DNA of 32,000 nucleotides from an uncultured Erysipelotrichaceae bacterium (lineage in GTDB: Bacteria > Bacillota_I > Bacilli_A > Erysipelotrichales > Erysipelotrichaceae). The position numbers were made by a program, and so were the translations under genes. Below the pieces are notes generated by a model. The model made no database searches, was not told the origin of the DNA, and worked only from the letters and a program-made list of their open reading frames with translations. Of this stretch, positions 24,102 to 30,950 are shown piece by piece. The DNA lies in the NCBI GenBank assembly GCA_942493105.1, contig OW818668.1, positions 1,830,001 to 1,862,000 on the forward strand. The letters are read 5' to 3'. Each line of letters starts with the position of its first letter. Position 1 is the stretch's first letter.

Positions 24102-26105
24102 CTAAACGATTATTTTAAATTCATTGATGTTATCTAAAAATAAGCCAACGATTTCCGGATCAAATTGCTTACCAGCATTAATTCTCATTTCATCCATTAC
24201 TTTTTCGATACTTAGAATCTGTCGATACGTTCTTTGAGATGTCATGGCATCAAAAGCATCGGCAACGGCAATAATTCTTGAAAACAAAGGAATGTCAGTA
24301 CCACTGAGACCTTTTGGATATCCTTTCCCATCCCAACGTTCGTGATGCGTCAAAACACATTCAGCGATCTCTGAAAACTCAATGGCAGAACTTAGGATAC
24401 GATACCCTGCCTCTGAATGTCGTTTGATTTGATCCCATTCTTGATCATCCAATTTACCTGACTTATTTAAAATCTCATCGGATATCCCAATCTTGCCGAT
24501 GTCATGCATGAGTCCTGCAATCTTTATTTTATCGATGTTTTTTTGATCAAAGTCCATTTTTTGAGCTAATTTTTCACATATCACACTCACTCGTTTAGAA
24601 TGCAGCATTTCTCGATTATTCTTTTCAAATAATGAATTGATGATGATATCTATAGTTTTACTGAGCATACTGTTTTTTGACACTACTTTTTCGTTGAGCA
24701 TACGGCCTTCAATCCGTTTGAATATGTCTCGATAACTCGTGTTGATGTTTTCCCAGACAGCACATCCCATGGATACAGAAATCTTCATCCCTTCAATTCG
24801 TTGTCGATCAATTGCGAAATTAATCGAGGTTTCAAAAAACTTCAGTACATTCTCATTTTGATTCTTGTGTAGAATCAGAAACTCATTGGAACTCACACGA
24901 GCAATCATGGCACTTTCTTCACAAGTTTTCTTAAGTGTGCTTGCGACTATTTTTAGTAGATTATCTCCTGCTTTATGTCCAAAAACTTCATTGACAGTTT
25001 TAAGTCCATTTACATTGACTAGGATCAATGAGATTGGAAAATCCTTTTCATGAATCTCTTTTTCAATAAATTCTTCATAGTATCGGCCATTATAACAATG
25101 CGTCAATTGATCGTGATAGGCTATATATTCTAAAAACAATTCATATTCTTTTTTCTCTGTGATATCTTGAACGATCATCATTAAGTGTTCTGGTTGATCT
25201 TGTGTGAATCTTACCTTTGATACCGATAAGTTTGCCCACAAAAGTTTGCCATTTTTAGTTACATATCTTTTATCCATAGAAAAATTCTTTAGTAAACCAT
25301 CTCTGATTTCATTAAGTTTTTTGTTTTGAATCGCTAAATCTTCAGGATAAGTTGTGTGATCAGCAGGCAATCTATTTATTTCATCGATGGTATATCCTAA
25401 CATATGTTCATATTCATTGTTGACTTCCATAATGACACCTTCCATCGTCGCATAACCTATGCCTGTAGGAGCTTGGTTAAAAATCGATCTGAATCTGATT
25501 TCAGCTTCTTTTAGATATTCTTGAGCTTCAATTTGTGAAACTTGGAAGTTGAATAACTTACCAAGGATAACGGTCACTAAAGGATAAAGGATCAACACTG
25601 GAGTCCCAACTGCTCGAATTGTAAGGAAGATTCGATCAACAGGCAATGTAAACATGCATAAAATCATGACCATATGTACTACTAAGCCCAACACATAGAA
25701 ATCAATCACTTTTCTTCGATGTGTATTTAAGATTTTGACCTTTGACCAATTCAAACCGATCCAAGTTGATAAGATGATCACTAAGACACCCATGATCACT
25801 CCTGATCCACCCATGATGATTCGATATATAACCATCATTCCACCAGCAATGAGAGCTGGTATCAATCCAAACATCAAAGCGGTGATCGATAATAGAATTG
25901 ATCGTGTATCAAAAGTAATCCCAGGTGCCATTCTATAAGGAAAGGTCATGATGAAGAGCCCAACCAGACCAAATAGTAAGCCACGGTAGATGTTGATTTG
26001 AAATTTATATTTCTTGTCATAAAAAGAGAGGATCTGTGATATTGCACTTAATGCGATCAGCATCTCAATGTTCTCAATCAACAAAGTAACTAAATCAATG
26101 ATCAT
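24102..26105 (-). CDS. Membrane sensor: 5TMR-LYT domain, PAS, degenerate GGDEF (SSNEF), and an HD-GYP c-di-GMP phosphodiesterase domain
   Basis: 667 aa with four regions:
- N-terminal multi-helix LytS/YhcK-type membrane module;
- PAS region (FRSIFNQAPTGIGYA...IVQDITEKKE);
- GGDEF-fold region in which the signature reads ARVSSNEFLIL;
- HD-GYP motifs HDIGKIG and HHERWDGKGYPKGL. Confidence 0.85.
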   Translation of the reverse strand: MIIDLVTLLIENIEMLIALSAISQILSFYDKKYKFQINIYRGLLFGLVGLFIMTFPYRMAPGITFDTRSILLSITALMFGLIPALIAGGMMVIYRIIMGGSGVIMGVLVIILSTWIGLNWSKVKILNTHRRKVIDFYVLGLVVHMVMILCMFTLPVDRIFLTIRAVGTPVLILYPLVTVILGKLFNFQVSQIEAQEYLKEAEIRFRSIFNQAPTGIGYATMEGVIMEVNNEYEHMLGYTIDEINRLPADHTTYPEDLAIQNKKLNEIRDGLLKNFSMDKRYVTKNGKLLWANLSVSKVRFTQDQPEHLMMIVQDITEKKEYELFLEYIAYHDQLTHCYNGRYYEEFIEKEIHEKDFPISLILVNVNGLKTVNEVFGHKAGDNLLKIVASTLKKTCEESAMIARVSSNEFLILHKNQNENVLKFFETSINFAIDRQRIEGMKISVSMGCAVWENINTSYRDIFKRIEGRMLNEKVVSKNSMLSKTIDIIINSLFEKNNREMLHSKRVSVICEKLAQKMDFDQKNIDKIKIAGLMHDIGKIGISDEILNKSGKLDDQEWDQIKRHSEAGYRILSSAIEFSEIAECVLTHHERWDGKGYPKGLSGTDIPLFSRIIAVADAFDAMTSQRTYRQILSIEKVMDEMRINAGKQFDPEIVGLFLDNINEFKIIV

Positions 26106-26148
26106 GGTGTTCCTTTCACTTTATGGTTTAGAATCAGAATAAATAGAT

Positions 26149-26196
26149 AAATAGTGCTCCAAAATAACATGATGCAACTATTTTGGAACACTATTT
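26149..26196. repeat. Long inverted repeat (18-nt arms, 12-nt loop) between the peptide gene and the sensor gene
   Basis: AAATAGTGCTCCAAAATA (26149-26166) pairs with TATTTTGGAACACTATTT (26179-26196), with 17 of 18 positions complementary. On the minus strand it is followed by the U-rich tract AUCUAUUUAUUCU. Confidence 0.6.
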
Positions 26197-26328
26197 GTTT
26201 AGAATAAACACGATGGAAAAAGTCAAACCGTCACTAAACATTCACCCATTTATTTTATCCCACTAAAATAATGACTTTGAACAACATACATCGGTTAAAC
26301 TAAACTAGGATATCCTTTGATGATTGGA

Positions 26329-26433
26329 TTAACCGCACTCATCAAACAGACAAATCGAATACTGTTTTGGTTGCGAAGTCGGAATGATCAGTAATCCTAA
26401 AACAAGACAAATCAATATTATTTTTTGTTTCAT
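26329..26433 (-). CDS. 34-aa signal-peptide-like pro-peptide with a Cys-containing polar tail (candidate signalling peptide precursor)
   Basis: This is the 3' part of the track's 82-aa ORF. The ATG at 26433 is preceded by GGAAAGG with 7-nt spacing. Translation is MKQKIILICLVLGLLIIPTSQPKQYSICLFDECG. It has a Lys-rich N-region, a 13-residue hydrophobic core, a P-T-S-Q-P break and a 12-14 aa tail. It is divergent from an HTH/TPR regulator. Confidence 0.55.
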   Translation of the reverse strand: MKQKIILICLVLGLLIIPTSQPKQYSICLFDECG

Positions 26434-26479
26434 TTCATTACCTTTCCTTGTTAAGAACATTGTATAAGGCAATTGTGAA

Positions 26480-26505
26480 AAAACTCGTTTTAATATAAAA
26501 CTCGT
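26480..26505. repeat. Two 9-nt direct repeats (AAAACTCGT) phased 17 nt apart in the divergent promoter region
   Basis: Repeats lie at 26480-26488 and 26497-26505. On the minus strand they read ACGAGTTTT. The proximal copy covers the -35 position of the peptide promoter, whose -10 is TACAAT (26464-26459). Confidence 0.45.
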
Positions 26506-26569
26506 CTTTTCGCGAATCATTAGCACTTTTACCGTTTTTATATTAGAATTAAAACGTTGAGGATAAGAA

Positions 26570-27817
26570 ATGTACAATAATGTCGGTAAACTAATTGGTT
26601 ATTATCGCAGAAAAAGATATGACGAAACAAAGCAAACCAACTTCAGTCAGGTTGGTTTTGTATATTATGAACATCGCTTGATCTGTGCTCAATCTAAACT
26701 ATCAATTATTGAAAACGGGAAAGTCAGAATTCCTTATCCAGAAGAGTATTATTATCTCATCAAGAACCTTGACTTCAATTCCTTGGATTATAAAACCATA
26801 GCACCTCTTTTTAACGAATTCACAGATCAACTTTTACATACACTTCAATTTTGTCCCATTTCGGATCTTCATCAATTACAAACCATTTATGAACAAAAAC
26901 TTGCATCTTATGGTGATTTCTTTTATCTACGCGAACTCAATGGGGTGTTTAAAGCAACCATCCAAGCACATTTAGGAATTGCTTTGCCAAGCATAAGTTT
27001 TTTAGATGAGTATCTTGATGCCTTGGATTGTTTCCCACAAACGGTTCAATTCTTGATTCTAGATCTATCGAATTTAATCATAGAAAACTACATTCCTTAT
27101 AAAGAAGTACGAGATAAAGTCAATGGGTTGGTTGATCAGTTACAATTGGATGCCCCTATTGTTAAGATCCTCAAAGCCAGTCGCAATTTACGCCAATTAA
27201 GATTGATCGATGCTCAGCAGAAACTAAAATCGATCGATGCAGAACATTTAAATGAACTGTTGAAGTTCAGAATTCAACGCTTACTGTTTATGATAGAAAT
27301 CGAAGACATTGAACAATTATCAAAATTCTCAGATGCTCAGAATCCAGCACTGAAATTTACAAACATCAATCGATTTGAAAGATGCAGACCCTATTTGATC
27401 TCAGGTTATCTGCGTTATTCATTTAAAGATTATGAACTTGCTTTAGTTGACTATAAAAAAGCACAATCCATCAATCCGGAAGCAGTTTGTTTTAGTATGA
27501 TCTACATCAGTGATTGTCTCTATGAATTAAAAAGAACACATGAATTGCATCTCTTCTTGATGGATGCGGAGCATCATATCTCCCACTTTTCAATGCTTCA
27601 TAAAGATATCCTCAAGTTTTTCAATGTCATAAGTGGGTTACAAGTCAGTGAAGATGAGTCATTACAGTTTAGATCGCTGTTTGAAAGTCTGGCTCAGTTA
27701 AATTCAGAAAGTCCTTATGTTAGAATCATCCGAAAACACTTATTGAACTATGCGAAGAAGTCCCATAAATATAAGCTTGTTTTTGATTATGAAACCATGA
27801 TGCTGGATAATCGTTAA
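26570..27817 (+). CDS. XRE-type HTH plus TPR-like repeat transcriptional regulator (RNPP-like: Rgg/PlcR/NprR/PrgX class)
   Basis: 415 aa. The N-terminus has an XRE HTH signature (VGKLIGYYRRKR...SKLSIIENGKV, compare the S-x-ErG pattern). The remainder is helical and repeat-like, with TPR-like segments (DYELALVDYKKAQSINPEAVCFSMIYISDCLYELKR). No enzymatic motifs are visible. RBS is TGAGGA. Confidence 0.7.
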   Translation: MYNNVGKLIGYYRRKRYDETKQTNFSQVGFVYYEHRLICAQSKLSIIENGKVRIPYPEEYYYLIKNLDFNSLDYKTIAPLFNEFTDQLLHTLQFCPISDLHQLQTIYEQKLASYGDFFYLRELNGVFKATIQAHLGIALPSISFLDEYLDALDCFPQTVQFLILDLSNLIIENYIPYKEVRDKVNGLVDQLQLDAPIVKILKASRNLRQLRLIDAQQKLKSIDAEHLNELLKFRIQRLLFMIEIEDIEQLSKFSDAQNPALKFTNINRFERCRPYLISGYLRYSFKDYELALVDYKKAQSINPEAVCFSMIYISDCLYELKRTHELHLFLMDAEHHISHFSMLHKDILKFFNVISGLQVSEDESLQFRSLFESLAQLNSESPYVRIIRKHLLNYAKKSHKYKLVFDYETMMLDNR

Positions 27818-27838
27818 AGACAATAGGTAGAAAAAAGT

Positions 27839-30800
27839 TTAAACATTAGTTTTTGGGTTATGAATCATACTGAAACCATATCGATAATTCACATTGGCCT
27901 TAAGTTGATATTGATCATACGATTGATAATAACCGGGTAAGTCACCAGCTACTCCTTTTTGACCATAATCGAGATTAACAGTCGTTATTTTGTGGAGTGG
28001 AAGTTCATGGATATGAGTTGCCATTTTTAGTTCTTCTTGTGTATATGGCCAAACACTGGTTTCAATTAATCTATCTGTGATGGATTCAAAGCGGAGCGTT
28101 CCACTTGTACCATAGATTTGTAGAGTGCGAACATCGGTATGATTTCCGTTTTCTTGAGGGCGCATATAATCATGTGTAAAATCATGAATATCTCCATGAT
28201 AGAGTCCAATTTTTGAACCTGTTTTACGATCTACATAGTTTTCTTGTGGGCCTCTTCCATATAAATCAAGTTGTTGATAACCATGATCTAAAATTAAATG
28301 CATACCAAAACGGATCATGTCTTTTTTGGGTTTGAGTTCAACAATGACTGTGATGAGACCATTTCCATGGAAGCTCAATATGGTTCCAAGCTTATGGAGT
28401 CTAGGCATCTTGTGCGTAATTCGATAAGAAACCAAATCAGATTCAGAAGTGATTGTTTCGATTTGATGAAGTTTAAGATGTGATTGAGCTTTTTCCCAAG
28501 GTCGGATCGGATTCAAATGACGCATCAAAGGTACGAAGATTTCTACCCCACAATCATTGTCTATATCAGCTCTGGTAAAATTATACTTAAGTGGTGACAT
28601 AAGAATGTTTCCCTGACCATAATCTAAACTCTCCAAAAATCCTGTTGATTTATTGAGTATGGCAACAAACGCATTGGTTTGAATCTTGATATTTTGTTCA
28701 CTATGATGGGTGCGAAGAACAGCTGGAACCATACCGATGTTGGGGGTTGGTACATAGGATCTCACAATAAACTGACCGAAACAGATTTCGTGACCTTGTT
28801 TAGCCCAAGGACGATCTTCTTTTTCAATTGCAGATATTTCAAGAATCAGCTCTTGATTTGTTTTGGGAAGTTTTGGCATTTTTAACTGAACCCTCTGCTC
28901 ACTTCCAGGGTAAATAGGCGGAATCTGTAACAACTCTTGAGCAATCACGATACCTTCACATAAGATCTTCGCAACAAACACGACATATGAAGTATCGATA
29001 AACACATTCTTATTTTTAATCAAAACAGTATGATCATCCGCTTGATAATCTGTGATTGAAAGATTGGAATACACTTGTTTGACCTCACTGATGGCTGGAT
29101 GCAAACTTCGATCACATGCGATCAAACCATTGGCACAGAAAAAAGCATCAGTCTTTCCTTCATGAAAATCGCCTCCATACAGCCAATGGATACTGCCGTC
29201 AGCTTGACTTTGTTTGATCGACTGATCGACAAAATCCCATATAAATCCACCAATCAAATTGTCGTACTTCTCAAAATTATCCACATGATCCTTGAGGTTA
29301 CCCAGTGAATTTTCCATACAATGCGCATATTCACAGTTCAGTATGGGCAAATCTTGATACGCTTCCTTCTTAATCGGTTTGCGGCTCAAAAAAAGTTGAG
29401 TAACTTTTTCAAGCAAGCTTTGAGGTTTGATGTCTTCCTTTTCACCAAATTTAATTTCCAGATCAACAGATGGATACATCATACTGTATAAATCGCTCAA
29501 ACCAGCTTGTTTGTCTCCTTCATAATGGATCGGTCGTGTCGAATCCAGTGCTTTAACGGCTTTCCTCATGGCCATAAAGCTTGTTCCCTCTCCTGCTTCA
29601 TTGCCCAATGACCACATCACGATGCTGGGGTGATTGCGATCCCGCAAGACCATTCGTTTGTTTCGATCGACACAAGCATTGGTCCAAATTGGATCATCTT
29701 TAGGAAAGAAGGTACGGATGCCATGTGTTTCAAGATCGGCTTCATCTATGACATAAAACCCCAACTCATCAGCCAAATCATACAGGTGAGGATGATTGGG
29801 ATAGTGTGAGGTCCTTATCGCATTGATGTTATGAGATTTCATGATCAGTAGATCTTTGAGTCGAGTTTCTTTTGAGATTCCCCAAGCAACTTCCGGATCA
29901 AAATCATGGCGATTGACCCCTTTGAATTTTATGGGTCTCCCATTGATTAGAAATTGAGTATTCTTGATTTCGATGCTTCTGAAACCAAATTTAAATTTCT
30001 TAGCTTGGATCAGTGATTTACCATGATATAGATATATCTTTACGACATATAAATGTGGCGTTTCTGCTGTCCACAGAGCTGGTTTTTCAATGAGCTTTTC
30101 AAGGTGAGTTTGCATTGAATCCAGTTTGACTTGATGGATCACTTGATCCATGGTGTTTGATAATACGACTTTGAGATTTAAATCCGGATGATATTCACCA
30201 TTAATTTGAATATCCAGTTTAAGTTGTGCATCTTTGTAATCATGGATCAGTTCACAAGCGGCATACGCATCAAAGATGTAGGTCTGTGGTTCTGCATAAA
30301 CACTCACATCTCGGGTGATGCCTCCAAAAAACCACATGTCTTGATCTTCCAGATAAGTGCCATCTGAGTATTTATAAACCAAAACAGCAACTTTATTAGG
30401 TCCTTCTTTAATATGCTGTGTGATCTCAAATTCATGTGATGTCATAGATGCTTTTGAGAATCCAACTTTATTACCATTGATCCATAATGTGAAAGCACTT
30501 TTGACAGCTCCAAAGCGAATGAAAACACGTTGCTTATCCCAGGATTTTGGTAAAGTAAACGATTTGACATATGCTCCGGTTGGATTATCGGTATGTGAAA
30601 TCGAAGGAATCTTGTTTTTACGGATATCGATTTGAGGTGGATAAGACTTTGCCAAATAATAAGGCGTTCCAAATCCTTGAAGTTCCCAGACTCCAGGTAC
30701 TTTTATGTTGGACCAACTTTCACTGGTCTTATCATCCACACCACTAAACCATGACCCTACTTCATCCGGATTTCGATAAAGTTTGAATTTCCAGTCTCCA

Positions 30801-30946
30801 TTAAGACTAAGGCTTGTTTTTTCTAGATCATTGTCGAGATCTTTTTGAGATAAAAAACTTAGTCCTTCAAAATGAGCATCCAGCTTATGTATCCCCAGAA
30901 TTGTAGGATTTAGGTAATCAGAAACATCCGTGAATTTACTTCTCAT
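27839..30946 (-). CDS. lacZ: Beta-galactosidase (GH2, LacZ type)
   Basis: The GH2 acid/base region is MWSLGNEAGEG and the nucleophile region is ILNCEYAHCMENSLGN, with C-terminal small-chain-domain-type sequence. The start is ambiguous: ATG at 30946 (used here) or the track's TTG at 31015. Confidence 0.9.
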   Translation of the reverse strand: MRSKFTDVSDYLNPTILGIHKLDAHFEGLSFLSQKDLDNDLEKTSLSLNGDWKFKLYRNPDEVGSWFSGVDDKTSESWSNIKVPGVWELQGFGTPYYLAKSYPPQIDIRKNKIPSISHTDNPTGAYVKSFTLPKSWDKQRVFIRFGAVKSAFTLWINGNKVGFSKASMTSHEFEITQHIKEGPNKVAVLVYKYSDGTYLEDQDMWFFGGITRDVSVYAEPQTYIFDAYAACELIHDYKDAQLKLDIQINGEYHPDLNLKVVLSNTMDQVIHQVKLDSMQTHLEKLIEKPALWTAETPHLYVVKIYLYHGKSLIQAKKFKFGFRSIEIKNTQFLINGRPIKFKGVNRHDFDPEVAWGISKETRLKDLLIMKSHNINAIRTSHYPNHPHLYDLADELGFYVIDEADLETHGIRTFFPKDDPIWTNACVDRNKRMVLRDRNHPSIVMWSLGNEAGEGTSFMAMRKAVKALDSTRPIHYEGDKQAGLSDLYSMMYPSVDLEIKFGEKEDIKPQSLLEKVTQLFLSRKPIKKEAYQDLPILNCEYAHCMENSLGNLKDHVDNFEKYDNLIGGFIWDFVDQSIKQSQADGSIHWLYGGDFHEGKTDAFFCANGLIACDRSLHPAISEVKQVYSNLSITDYQADDHTVLIKNKNVFIDTSYVVFVAKILCEGIVIAQELLQIPPIYPGSEQRVQLKMPKLPKTNQELILEISAIEKEDRPWAKQGHEICFGQFIVRSYVPTPNIGMVPAVLRTHHSEQNIKIQTNAFVAILNKSTGFLESLDYGQGNILMSPLKYNFTRADIDNDCGVEIFVPLMRHLNPIRPWEKAQSHLKLHQIETITSESDLVSYRITHKMPRLHKLGTILSFHGNGLITVIVELKPKKDMIRFGMHLILDHGYQQLDLYGRGPQENYVDRKTGSKIGLYHGDIHDFTHDYMRPQENGNHTDVRTLQIYGTSGTLRFESITDRLIETSVWPYTQEELKMATHIHELPLHKITTVNLDYGQKGVAGDLPGYYQSYDQYQLKANVNYRYGFSMIHNPKTNV

Positions 30947-30950
30947 AGCG

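Noticed and set aside
26329-26433. The peptide tail YSICLFDE resembles staphylococcal AgrD/AIP (YSTCDFIM), suggesting an agr-type thiolactone peptide
   Set aside because: - No agrB-like membrane protease or agrCA genes are nearby.
- Only 2 residues follow the would-be 5-residue ring, instead of the long acidic AgrD C-terminal tail.
- The N-terminus looks like a Sec-type signal rather than an amphipathic AgrD leader.
- The neighbouring HTH/TPR regulator fits the RNPP model better.
26329-26577. The full 82-aa minus-strand ORF from the track (MYISYPQRFNS...)
   Set aside because: - Its first 48 codons run through the divergent promoter region and overlap the start codon of the regulator.
- There is no RBS at 26577.
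- Only the last 34 codons (ATG at 26433, with GGAAAGG RBS) look like a real gene.
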